Source: Podarcis filfolensis (taxonomy: Eukaryota). Taken from it: a DNA stretch of 64,000 nucleotides. Made by a program: the position numbers and the translations under genes. The stretch lies in assembly GCA_964270895.1 (NCBI GenBank), contig OZ185444.1. The stretch is one strand, 5' to 3'. Below, one piece after another: positions 11,474 to 23,170 of this stretch. Position 1 is the first letter of the stretch, and each line of letters begins with the position of its first letter. Below the pieces are notes generated by a model. The model saw nothing but the letters and a program-made list of their open reading frames with translations, did not search any database and was not told where the DNA came from.

Positions 11474-13082
11474 TATTATGATTGTAAAAAAACCAAAAAA
11501 ACCTCAAAGCAGTTTCCATAAAGAATAAAATGAAGTTGTTAGCAGATACTGAGCAGGATTTGAACCTAGATACCCCTTGCCAAGATACAATACTTTCTCT
11601 TGACAGCCATGCTGGGGTCACTTGCATGCCAGAAAGTCCCTCTTTTCACAGCAGTGATGGGATGTTGCTTCCCTGACTTTCTGGCCTGCTTAAACTCCTA
11701 TCTCCTGCTTCCCAAACTCATGTCCCACTGAGTGAGCCCCTGGAGCCTACTACTGTCAGTGTTTTTCTGTGGCTGCCTTTGTCATATTTCCTACCCCTTT
11801 CTCTTGGTTGCCTGGCCAAAGAGTCTGAATCTCAGATGCTACCCCGGGATGGCTGTGTGCACTCTCAGCTTGCCTCCTGTTCAGGGAGTAATGTCCTCTC
11901 CTTTCTTTCTTTGTGCACTAGGTTGCATGCAAACACAGTTTTGGAGCTCGAGGAAATTTGAACTCCTGCCTAGGAAGTGGCAGAAGAGGAATTGTTGATA
12001 CTGGCTGTATCAGTGGGGCTGATGGTTAGAAGCACAGTGCACGCCTAGCCTGGGCTCATCATTGTGAGTTTACTGACTCCCTCCATCTATGGGGTGGCAT
12101 GTGCATGTTGTCACCAAGAGTTTCTGACTGGTGAGTGTCATGCTAAGCTAAGTAGACTCTGCATGCCTCTAAGAAATCCTACTGCTGCCGCAGAGATTTT
12201 CTTCTCCATCACAGAGGCACAAACACAGATTGCATTTCCTGCACGTCACCTCCACCCACAAGGACAAGGCTAAAGTCTGTTTAGTCTTGCCCAATGGAAA
12301 ATGGCCCTGATTCTAACCACTCCTTTCTGCCCACCTCTTAAGGTGCCCTGAATTTCACAAATATGTGAAACATATGCTTTTGATCCCCTGCCATCTTTCC
12401 AATGGCTGAGCTCCTCAAGCTGTCAAACATTCACCTCTCAAGTCCCACAACAAAAATGGAACAGTTTTGGCGATGTTTTTGCTTTCACTGTTGGAAACCC
12501 AAGCGATCTCCACCATGTAAGAGAATTTAGCTTGTGCAGTCTATGCTAGCTTAACGATACTTGGTGTTTCATTTTGGCCTGTACTCTGCTTATTTCTTTC
12601 CTAAGCTTTTTATTTTTAAAACAAACTCTAATTAGGAAAGCTAGGGATTGGCTTACTACTTGGCATCATCCAAATTATTATATGTTCCATATCTAAACAG
12701 CGTACCTTCCAGGAAAGAGAAGTAGGAAAGGAAGGTATCTAAACACAGCAGACTGGATTGTACTAGGTTTACATTATCTGAGACCAAGGGCTTTTCATTA
12801 TAGCCCAAACATGGCTATAGAGCAGAATGGAAAACTAAAGCACACCAGAAGCACATCTAATACGTTACAGCACAGTAGATTACTCCGAAGAGCCTTAAAA
12901 TACAGTGACAAACATAGTTACAAACCTTGTTTCTGAGTTTGGAAGATTGGTCGTGGAGATAGTGCAAATGGCGCTGCACCTCCGACACTCTGCTTTTCAC
13001 AACAACTGAACAGGCCTCTAGCAGATCTGCAAGTGTCACTACAACACTACCACATTTCCTTTCATATATGAAGACTGCTTAC

Positions 13083-13190
13083 CCTTCATGATCTATTATA
13101 TCATCAACACAGGTTTTGTTTCTCAGATCCCAGATTTTAACAGTTTTATCATCGCTGCAAGAAACTATTAATCTTCCATCTGGTGAGTAT
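13083..13190 (-). CDS. POC1B: POC1B exon 5 ([36 protein letters not shown])
   Basis: 108 nt; acceptor ttcctttctag, donor gtaagc; not in the ORF track, translated by hand. Confidence 0.97.
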
Positions 13191-13375
13191 CTAGAAAGGA
13201 AAGAAATATACCGCAGCTTTAAAAACACCGACATCCAGCATCTAAATCAATTGCCGCTTGCAAAGTTAGTGACCATTTTATCCTGAATTGAACAGACATG
13301 TGAAGCTGTTTTAAAAAGACAAAAAAAAGTTACTGCTTTTCAAACACCAAGAAGGCAAAGCATGCAAACACTCAC

Positions 13376-13555
13376 TTGGCACAGCGCACCCAGTGTGTGT
13401 GCTGGAATAAGGTAAACAAAAGACGTTGGCTGTAAACACTCCAGACTTTTACAGACTTGTCGTTGGATGCAGTAGCTAGAAATTGACTGTCGTACGAGAA
13501 GTTCACGCTACGGACTGCTGATGTATGGCCTTTTAATGGTGTGGATTCACCGTGA
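13376..13555 (-). CDS. POC1B: POC1B exon 4 ([17 protein letters not shown]...HTHWVRCAK)
   Basis: 180 nt; acceptor tatatacag, donor gtgagt; WD40 repeat. Confidence 0.97.
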
Positions 13556-14074
13556 CTGTATATAAAATATGTTGCACGTGCATTAGTCCCACAACCACAT
13601 AACAGATTAATCCAATTTCCCCGCCCCTCAACCCAAATCAAACCTAGTTTGTATCCTCAAAGAGACAGCTTCCCTTGCTTCTTTGTCCCAGCACAAAACG
13701 CAAAACCTTTTGCACAAAGTACAGAAGACGAGATCAAAGCTGGGGGACTCAAGGGCCAAATCAAGTCCTCCAGAACTTTCTGTCTAGCCCTTGGGACTCT
13801 TAGGCCGCACCCGGTCCTTTGCCTCCCCGGCCCAACAGCCTCTTTGGCTGCTTTTCCCTGGCTGGAATGTGTCTGCAAACTGTCATAATGCATTTTGCTT
13901 GCCTCAATGGAGATGTGTGTGGGGTGGAATATAGAAGCCTCTGACTTCTATGTGGATAGAACACAGCCTATTGTAGAAAGGTAAGAATAACATCCATGGC
14001 TCCACCCATATTTGCCTCTGGCCCCACCCACCACTTGCATATAACCTCCAGAAGGTTTCCCTTGAAGGAATCCA

Positions 14075-14195
14075 AGTGGATAGCTCAGTTGGTTAGAGTG
14101 TGGCACTGATAATGCCAAGGTCGTAGATTCGATTCCTGTATGGGACACCTGCATATTCCTACATTGCAGGGTACCTTCCCAACTATGATTATATG
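14075..14195 (+). mobile_element. tRNA-Ile-derived SINE (Squam2-like) with truncated CR1-type tail
   Basis: tRNA-like head gatagctcagttggttagagtgtggcactgataatgccaaggtcgtagattcgattcc (A/B boxes), followed by cacctgcatattcctacattgcaggg. Confidence 0.8.
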
Positions 14196-14297
14196 AATCT
14201 GGCCTCTCTGAACTAGAGGAAGCAGTACTATGCCTAAGCCCAACATCCCTTCAGAAACCAAAAACTCTGGAAATATTTAATTTTCAGTAATACTTAC

Positions 14298-14469
14298 ATA
14301 CATGGAATCCATAGCCTGGCTGTCCTATCTTGAGAAGCAGATGCCAGCAAGTTTCCATCTGGTGAAAACTGTACACTGGTTACACCTTCCAAGTGACCCA
14401 CAAATCGGAAGGCTTTGGTGTTTGGCTTCAAGTTCCATATCATAAGAAACCTATCCAAAGAAGAGGTAG
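14298..14469 (-). CDS. POC1B: POC1B exon 3 ([16 protein letters not shown]...[12 protein letters not shown])
   Basis: 172 nt; AG/GT boundaries; WD40 repeat (GH...SASQD.T.RLW); frame continuous with neighbouring exons. Confidence 0.97.
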
Positions 14470-14939
14470 CTGGCAAGAAATAATTATAAAGCTCCACACT
14501 TAGCTATCAATTTTGTGTTCCAACATAAAGGTCTCAGTTACTTTTACTACCAATTTCATGAACGGATATAAAAATAAGATACAGAATCTAATGAAGTCCA
14601 ATCATTCTAGTTTGAGATCTAGGACAATAATTCCACAGAGAATTCAGCCAAATAACAAACCATGTTACCTATTTAGTGTTTGGATGAAGCATGGAAATGG
14701 GTAAGCAAATAAGATTGTCACCACTTATTTGCATATTTTACAAAGACATTATTGTAAGGTGACCATTGTTAAATGCACTGTTAAATCCTCTTGTCATGGA
14801 GCTGTGATACCATAAGCTTATCCTTGGTTAGATCACCACCCAAAAGGCATTAAGAGGCCTGGAGCTGCAAAACGCTCAGAAGTGTTGGGGTCTTGCCTTA
14901 AGTTGCCAGAGAAGGTGGAGGGCATCAAAGCAAAACCAG

Positions 14940-15230
14940 TGCAACTGAAACTAAGCCTGCAATTCTGTGTGCATTTCCTTGAACTCAACTGAGCTTATTG
15001 TTTCTCAGTAAACAGGGTGTGGCACACATTGCAGAGCAGCAATCCTATGCATGCTTATTCCAATAAGGGATTCACCCTCAAATAAAATGTGCATGGCCTT
15101 ACAGCCTTACAGCCTTACAGCGCATTCTCAAGGTCACCCATAGTGCAATCCTAAAAACATCTACCAACAATAAGTCCTCCTGAGTTCAATGGGACTAACT
15201 CCGAGAAGTGTGTACAGTATTACAGCCTTA
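14940..15230. repeat. Three tandem ~95-bp degenerate palindromic repeats (gcaatcct...aggattgc family) in POC1B intron 2
   Basis: Units begin gcaattct/gcaatcctatg/gtgcaatccta and contain aataag..cc.ctgagttcaatgggact; another copy at about 27845-27950. Confidence 0.5.
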
Positions 15231-15540
15231 AAAGACTAGTTACCCAACACTTGCACTACCCTCCCAAACTTGCAATCAAGGCAAATAAAAGTACCCCAAT
15301 AAATGCAGAGGGAGGGCTCTCATTTTGATACCTAGTGTTTTTGTTGGGAAATATATATTTGCTGTTAATACAGTCCTTAACTCTGAAGTGTTGAAGACAA
15401 ATCATTTGGGGCAGAATTCCAAGGCATTCAGCCTCAGATTTACAACTGCCCAACAGGCAAAAGCTGAATAAGTAACTTATGGAATATCCAAGAGACCACA
15501 CAAATCATTTGTTCATTTATGCTTCAACAAGTAAGCTTAC

Positions 15541-15625
15541 CAAGTGCTCTAGTAGTTGGATTGAAGGCAACACAGGTGACTGCATCTTTATGGCCTTTAA
15601 AATGACGGATCAAGACCGGATCCTC
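15541..15625 (-). CDS. POC1B: POC1B exon 2 (EDPVLIRHFKGHKDAVTCVAFNPTTRAL)
   Basis: 85 nt; acceptor ttcttctcctctag, donor gtaagc; resembles human [28 protein letters not shown]. Confidence 0.95.
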
Positions 15626-17462
15626 CTAGAGGAGAAGAAAACCTTCTGTAGTTTTCAAAGTTTATTTTAAAGTCACCTAATCTGATCATTGAATTGCTTA
15701 AATCAATCAATCAAATAGCACAATCAAGCTGCTAGTGCCACAAGAGTTGAAGACCAGGTTTGCACATAACACTTAGCACAAATATGAAAGCTCCTGGAAA
15801 TGAGATTGCAGCTGTTTTGTCCTCTTCCATGCCTGCTGCTGCAAGCTCACCTGTGGTTTGGCTTAGTGCGTTGTCTAAACCCAGGGCTCATAGTTATAGC
15901 CAAGCCTTGTTCTACGGCTTCTCACTCTGCTATTTTTAAACAAGCCAGCTATAGAAACAGAACAATGATACCTTGTAACAATAAACTTAATACATGAAAT
16001 AAATGTGTTAACCTCTGTAGAAGCATGTTTTCTATTCTGTAAAAAAATCAATAAAGGTGTCTGTTCTATTCATCGTCTCCCTTCTCTTACTCTCTAATTG
16101 TCCGGTCAAGTCATTTTTGAAGATACAGTAGTGCGATCCTAACAGAACTTTCTAAAGAGTAATGTTTGAAGCATGTGTCGGACTACACTGTTAGGCACAC
16201 ACTATCAATGCACCTTTCCAGTCAGCCGGGTACAAGATTCTGCCCAGCAAGGCTTTCTGTATCTGTCCAGGTGGTCATGTGCAATAAGAACTGAGGTGTG
16301 CATGGGGTGTGTGGGATGGAAGAGCACAGTTCTGGGACTCCCCAACGCACTTCAAGCAACAGCAGTGACATAATAGGACCGGCCCTCCTTCCTCTGGCTA
16401 GTGAGTGAAAGGATAATGAATATTTCAAGTTAGCATAAGAGCATAATGGCCCCTCAGGATCAGGCCAGTGTCCCATTTAGACCAGCACCCTGTTTTCATA
16501 GTGACCAACCAAATGCCCACCGGGAAGCCTGCAAGCAGGACCTGAGCACAACAACACCCTTCCTGCGGTTTCCAGCAGCTGGTTTTCAGAAGCATTATAG
16601 CCTTCTCCTCCTTGAGCTAGCCCAATCCTCTTTCAAGAGCCATCCAAGTTGGTGGGCCATCACCACTTTGTGTTCACTTCTTGCAGGGAAGCATGGAGGA
16701 AGCCAGAGGGTGAGCGAGGGGGGCGGGGTGACAGCCATCCATCAAGGGCTAGGCGCTCCTTCCTTTTGGTGCAACTCCTACCCCAAGCTAGCAGCTGAAG
16801 CCGCACCACTTCTTTTGCAAGGTCGCTCGCATTGATTTTCTTCTTCAATAGTTTTTATCGAAGATTTTGTGTGTGTGTCTTAAAAAATAAAACAAATAGG
16901 TCGTTCGCATTTTTTATCAAAAGATGCGCTTCAGCTGGCTGCAGATCTTTGTTTTTGTTTATATATATATATAATTTTTATTAAATTTTCTGTTTTACAA
17001 TTTAGAATACTCATTTAAACATCCTTAAAATATCAACGACTTCTCTTTCCACGGTTCATTTTCCAAATCATAAATCCCTGCGTATTTTACATGAAATAAA
17101 CCATTCAGTATTCCATTATTACATCCATCACAATTCATTTACACTGTTGAATTTATCTTAATGCTGCGTTTTCAATGGCTGGAGATCTTTGTATGCGTCT
17201 CCATGCTGCACCTCCTACAAGCAACGAAGAAAGCACCGAGGGTTTTCCCTCTCAGCTCATCGCAGCCAGCAGCTCTGCTAACATCGGGGGATGGGGGGTG
17301 GGATTGAACCCAGGGCTTCCCGTGAGCCCCCGCGCTTCGTTCACTACACTCGCCGACGGAACTCCCCGCGACAAGAGAAACAACTACGGGGAAGAGGAGC
17401 CGCGCCCTGAATGGCCAGCGTCGCTGCCGGCTCCCCAGGGGACCCGCCCTAGACTCTCCTAC

Positions 17463-17480
17463 CAGCGCCGCCGCCGCCAT
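17463..17480 (-). CDS. POC1B: POC1B coding exon 1 (MAAAAL)
   Basis: ATG GCG GCG GCG GCG CTG followed by donor gtagga, inside a CpG island; phase 0 joins exon 2 (EDPVL...) as in human MASAT|EDPVL. Confidence 0.85.
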
Positions 17481-17756
17481 CGGGCTCCCGGGGCCTCCGC
17501 TCTCCCGGCCAACCACCTTCCGCGGCCCTGTCAAAATCCCCGCTCTCCAGACCATATCAGTCGAGTCCCGACCCAAGGCTGGCCCAGCCTCACCCGCGGA
17601 GATACGCGGGCGCTCGAGGCGGGGAAGGGAGCAGGAAGGAGGAGGAGAGCGAAGAAGCGCCGCTCGGCCTCCTTTCGAAGCCGAGCTAGTCCATCCATGC
17701 CATCGGCGTTCGACGCGCCCTTAAAGGGGCCGGCTCTCTCCGAGGCAGCGGAGGCG

Positions 17757-17769
17757 GTTGCCTAGTGAC
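17757..17769. promoter_or_regulatory. RFX X-box motif (GTTGCCTAGTGAC / GTCACTAGGCAAC)
   Basis: Close match to the 13-bp X-box GTTGCCTAGCAAC, about 280 bp upstream of the ATG of a centriole/cilium gene; weaker second motif GTCACCTAGAAC at 17834-17845. Confidence 0.65.
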
Positions 17770-19191
17770 GGCGCGCGCGTCGCGGAGCTTTCGCAATGGG
17801 AGGGAGAAGAACGCAAAGAGGAAAGGGAGAAACGTCACCTAGAACTACGGAGAGAAGCGAAGGGAAGAGTTGTAGGCCCCGACTAAAGGGGGTTTCTGGC
17901 GGGTGCGCTTCGTGAGAGTGACGTTAGGTCAGTTAAGAAGTTCAGAAAAATCGTACTTCATGGATCTGGGAAGGGGGGCAACTTTTTCTCAGCTCCCCGC
18001 TGGGGAAATGCAGACGCATCTATGCATATATGTGCATATGCACATCTATGTCTACATGCAGAGGAAGCTGGAGAAGTTAAAAGGTATGGTATGACGGATG
18101 TGCAAGGCTTTTTTCTCTCTTTGCCTTAAGCATGCAAACACCACCCTACAACCTACTTCTGATATGTGCGAAGAGCCTGGAATCTCTTGCATGCAAAGCG
18201 GTTGCTGTGCCATTGAGCTTAACAATGTGGCTGTCCAGTCTAGAATTATAAGGGAGAAATTCACCTTGACCAGTCCCCCCCCCCCCCCAGAAAAAGCACC
18301 AGCTCTTTAGTTCTTGGCGCAGAAGTTTGCAAACAGGGATTGGGGAGAGGGAGTGGCAATCTCCCCCCCCACACACACACTGAAACTCTATGTCCATTAT
18401 GTGTTAAATCGAATTAACATTTATATTTTCCATTTCCATGCTAAGCTGGGTAAAGTTCACCACAAAATCATTTTCTGAAAGAACAAGGGCTTTGACACTA
18501 AGAAAAAAGTGATCGCAACAGCGGCATGCTTTGGCCACCACGATGCATGCAGGGTTTAGATTAAGATTTGTTATTTCCAGCTCATTATATAAGCTTTTAA
18601 AACTTAAAACTGTAGTGTAGTTAGCCTACCCAAGTGTCTTGCCATCTAGAAAAGCTGAATTGGTGTTCATCCTCAGAGACTCACTACAGCAAGAACAGTG
18701 ATACTAGGGGAACCAGAGGCAATCTGCTTGTGGGGCATGACAAAGAGCTCACTCACACCAATCCTGTGAGGTGGGGCAAGCTGGGAGGCACAGCTTCTTA
18801 TATTTAGTCCTTGATAGGCTAAAAGGAAAGGTGGTGTAGAGATCCAGACTTCGCGTAGTTATAATGATCTGAGCTGCTGGTGGAGATACTATCCCAAATT
18901 CCTGACTTGTTACAAGTAGCCAGAGCCCAATCTTCAACTCCCAGCATCTCTCCTTGAAAGTTTGGAGGGTGGGAAAGCAAATTTGTTGGGTAACATTAAC
19001 ATGAGCAGCTCCTGCAGCTGGACAAAATGTCAGAGTTCAAATAGAAAGATTGTGTTTATTTAAAACAGTAGAAGAGTAGAAGAAAGGGGAACAAGCTTTA
19101 AAAGAAAGCACATATAACTAAAGCAGTCCAAACTATTTACGAAAAATATATATTTATGCAAAAGCAGCATAGGTTCATCCTACGCAAGTTA

Positions 19192-19340
19192 AGGCAGTCT
19201 TCTTCAACCTTTCGTTCGGTCCCCAGACGATGATGCAGCACAACTTCTTTTTATCTCTGACCATTGGCTGAGTTGGCTGGGAATGATGGGAGTTACAGCC
19301 CAGCAATATCTGGGGATCCAAGGTTAAAAAAGGGAAAGAC
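19192..19340. mobile_element. Degenerate palindromic hAT MITE
   Basis: caacct...ctgaccattggctgagttggctgggaatgatgggagttacagcccagcaatatctgggg...aggtt. Confidence 0.6.
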
Positions 19341-22300
19341 AAAAAAGCATTGGATCCTCACTCCTTTTATCACAGGAAATATCTGTGGCAGGATCGGACT
19401 GGTAGGGTCCAGGATCCCAGCAGCAGGTGGAACTAGAGCAAATGGCAGGCAGAGCCAACTAATTCTGGCTTTGTCCACATCTTCCTCCATGGTGAGTTTT
19501 ACAGGGATTGAGGAGGAGGAAGCTGACAGCCAGGCATCCCACCCCCCAACTGCTTGCAGGAAAGAAGGCAGGTAGGGGGCAGGCTCAAGATATTTTGAAG
19601 GTGTGGCAGTACCGTATCTGCCCTTGTGGACAGGGCAGAACCCCACTGGGTTCCATTGAAAGGCGTTATAATTTCCCTACAATTCCTGAAAATTCTCAGC
19701 TTGGTGTCCAACATCTTGTAGCAGCAAGTCATGTGAAATAGCTTGGCCAAGTTCCACCACTCTGTCAGCTTACACAGAAGACTCCTGTACTCACTTCTTC
19801 CTTCTACTGACAATCATCAGCATGGGATTTTGATGAGGTGACTCTGCTCCTTTAGGAACAGCACCGTTCAAAACTTGAGTCACCATCTCAGCAGGAAAAC
19901 TTTCCTCCAGTGCTCAGATGTCATTTGACAACATTTGCCTTAAATTAATACATCATGAAATTGTAAAGAATTGCACACTTCCACCTCTTTCCACGCCACC
20001 AATTCTTTTGTACAGATTGTGGACAATTTCAGGGTGCCCATTCTGAATGGAGAATTGCCAGAAAGAAGTATGCTGCTTTCTGTACACACATGACTGCAAT
20101 GGCAATGCATCTACAGCAAAATTTTGTTTCAAACGAACTTAACATTAGGAGATTGATGTCTATGCAACTGAAGTAAGAGGTCCTAATATAATGATTCTCT
20201 CCCTCCCCCAAAAAACACCTGGGCACAAAGTAAAAAGAGTACCCATTTTACTGCAAGTTCCCTAAAGCATGCTGGATAAAAACCCTAGAGAATTTACACT
20301 GATTTAATCATCATCGTTATTAAATTTATTACCCACCCTTCACCAACAGGTTCCATAGCAATGCATACCTAGTCCCATTGACTATTCCCTGCTTCATACA
20401 TTGTTAACCTAAGATCATGAAACATCTGAGAACTGCTGCTGCTGCAGATATACCTGCCTGTACCAAGCTTGCCAGCAAACACTGCCCACAGACCTCCTGC
20501 ATGTTAGGGAGATAGGCATCCTGTTTTCGCCACATGGTCTCCTTCCACCTCCTCAGATGTCTCACAAGGAAGGGAGTTCAGGCAACACGGGTCTATAAAG
20601 GTTCATTCTAGACTGAAGCAAGAAACCACTCAGACAGGCACCCTAAGGTGATCAGAGGGAAACAGTATATAACTGCATCATAAAATGACATTGCGCCTTT
20701 CACAGACTTTACAGTCAGGAAAGACAGCTTCAAATGATTCATTTCTGGTGTCAACTCATTTGTTGCACAGAGCATTTGTAAGCCAAAGAAGAAGAAAAAC
20801 AGCCTGTGTTCAAATATTATTATTTTATAGATCCCCACCATTCCTGACCAAGTACTGTGAATGAAAAACCAGTATGTATTCTTGTGTTGTGATAAGAACT
20901 AGAAGTTTACATTCTGTAAATGTGCAGTTCATTTTATAAAAAAGTGCAATTAATATTCATCACATAGTTTCTTTTATTTGCCATACATGCGATAACTTCA
21001 AAAAGAAGAGTGAATCAGGGGGGGAAATGCAGCTCTTTCATGCCAAGATGCAAGAGGATTCCTTGTGAACAAAACTGTGTTCACCACTATGCATTATTTT
21101 TAACTTACTGGTATATGTAATGAAATGGGACAACAGCAAGCACCCTCTGTTTCAGTATTTCTAAATTATAATTTCTGAGAGATCCAACAAAATTTGAAAA
21201 TGTAGTGACAAAATGGACAAAAGCAACAACTTCTAAGTAAAGATGTAAGATATGTATGAATATAGATACAAATTATTTGTATCAAAGTAACAGCAAAAAT
21301 GGGACAGAATATTCTGATGAATACGGCAATCTGTGCCATCGAAGACATTATGCATGTTTAAAAGAAAGTTCCCTTAAACTGTTATTTAAACACCTGTGTA
21401 CTTTAGTCACACAATATAATTTTGCAGTTAATCTTTGTTACTACAACTTCTGTTACTACTTTTTTTAGTTGTGTACCAAAATAGAGATATTTGGAAATTA
21501 AACTAAATTGGTAACAGGGTACAAATCTGCAAAATATCCCTTAATAAATGTATTTGGATATGTCAAAGATATAGTAGGATTAGTGGATGCAGAGCAAGTA
21601 AATATACTTGCAATAAATATACATTTAATCTGTTACAATTAGAAGAATTAATTTATTCTCAAGATGGGTAAATAAGTAGATTATAAGAATTTGGGAACTG
21701 GTCCACAGGGTAAAGTTAACATTGGGAGGGTACTTGAAGGTAAACAGATTACTTCATTTTTACTAGTGTAAATAATAATCAGATATTCATCCATACAGGC
21801 TATTAGAAACAAGTTAGTGGTTTATAGAATAATTCGTTTGCTTAGCAGTTTTTATGGTTCCTTTTACGTTCCTTTTGTTGTTGTTATAAAAACTAATTAT
21901 ACATACTTGAAAACTTTTTTTTTATACTTGTATGTTATACCAATAAAAAACCCCACTAATTTGAATAAAGCTGCAAGGTTTTTGTTATTTAAAATCTAGG
22001 TTTAAAAATAAAGTTCTCCTGAATTAATATCCATGTTTTCCCCCTTCAACGTGCTCCCACATTTCTGAGAGATGAAAATTTCCAGGGGTAATACTACAAT
22101 ATTTTGTTTCCTTTGGATGAGAATGTGCTAGAGACTTGGGGCAACGTTATTATTTATTTACTAATTTACGGGACAAGCATATCAGAAACACACAACAAGT
22201 AGCTAATCTTCTAGCCCTACAAAAGGTTTTCAGATCATGCCCTTGCATTCAAAATCGCTTCACTTTTAGCCAGTTTATAGCTCCTTTCTCCCCAAATATA

Positions 22301-22415
22301 AAATTGCAGCAACTTGTTTCAAAGTTTTTTCCTATCTTTTCTCCAACCAGGTTGGTGAGTATTTGCATTATTTGTCATTTGGGTTCTATTCATGGAACAT
22401 CATTTGCCATTAGAC

Positions 22416-22900
22416 AAAAAGCAGAGACATCACCTTGCCAACAAAGGTCCGTATAGTTAAAGCCATGGTTTTCCCAGTAGTGATGTATGGAAGTGAGAGC
22501 TGGACCATAAAGAAGGCTGATTGCCGAAGAATTGATGCTTTTGAATTATGGTGAAGAAGGAGACTCTTGAGAGTCCCATGAACTGCAAGAAGATCAAACC
22601 TATCCATTCTTAAGGAAATCAGCTCTGAGTGCTCACTGGAAGGACAGATCCTGAAGCTGAACCTGAAGCCACCTCATGAGAAGAGAAGACTCCCTGGAAA
22701 AGACCCTGATGTTGGGAAAGATGGAGGGCACAAGGAGAAGGGGACGACAGAGGACAAGATGGTTGGACAGTGTTCTCGAAGCTACTAGCATGAGTTTGAC
22801 CAAACTGCGGGAGGCAGTGGAAGACAGGAGTGCCTGGTGTGCTCTGGTCCATGGGGTCACGAAGAGTCGGCCACGATTAAACGACTGAACAACAACAACA
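22416..22900 (+). mobile_element. Bov-B (RTE clade) LINE 3' fragment
   Basis: aaaaagcagagacatcaccttgccaacaaaggtccgtatagttaaagccatggttttcccagtagtgatgtatggaagtgagagctggaccataaagaaggctga...ggggtcacgaagagtcgg...(aac)n tail; ORF track RREDSLEKTLMLGKMEGTRRRGRQRTRWLD. Confidence 0.93.
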
Positions 22901-23084
22901 TCCATAATACAGCTATGTCCATATATGAAATACAGGACAAGGAAGAACTGCATTTACACCAAATGATAAATGACCTGGGAAAGATAATGATGAGAATCTA
23001 CTGAGGTTTTAACAAGAGGAAGAGTAGGATGTAAACATCAAACTGCCAGTGTCTTCTCTAAAGTGTGGTGCAATAGAGAGGGCA

Positions 23085-23170
23085 ATTCCAAAAGGCTTCA
23101 GAAAGTGATTAAGGGAGTTGAGCAACTCCCCCATGAGGAACAGTTATAACATTTGGAACTTGCTCTCTAA
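23085..23170 (+). mobile_element. CR1 LINE fragment
   Basis: gtgattaagggagttgagcaactcccccatgaggaacagtta...tttggaactt, resembling CR1 (M)IKGLE.LPYEERL..LGL. Confidence 0.55.

Larger units (their letters stand above)
17225..17930. promoter_or_regulatory. CpG island / POC1B promoter (possibly bidirectional)
   Basis: Sharp local rise in GC and CpG content (e.g. gacggcgcgcgcgtcgcgg) around POC1B exon 1 in an otherwise AT-rich, CpG-poor window. Confidence 0.9.

Noticed and set aside
11560-12330. GC-richer, ORF-poor block that might be a solo LTR
   Set aside because: I could not find TG...CA termini, a TSD or a second copy.
14075-14147. Functional tRNA gene
   Set aside because: Acceptor and T stems are degenerate (gattcgattcc), and it runs directly into a SINE body/CR1-type tail.
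16660-16848. Minus ORF with faint resemblance to the GALNT4 N-terminus (..RLQLLAWGRSC.., FLHAS)
   Set aside because: Only a few scattered residues match; there is no transmembrane segment, no downstream catalytic motifs in any frame, and it lies in intron 1 rather than intron 2. Treated as chance.
17175-17765. 196-aa plus-strand ORF (and overlapping 134-aa minus ORF) across the POC1B promoter
   Set aside because: Pro/Arg/Ala-rich with no recognisable domain; long ORFs are expected by chance in a GC-rich CpG island. Only the MAAAAL segment and possibly the 25-codon extension are supported.
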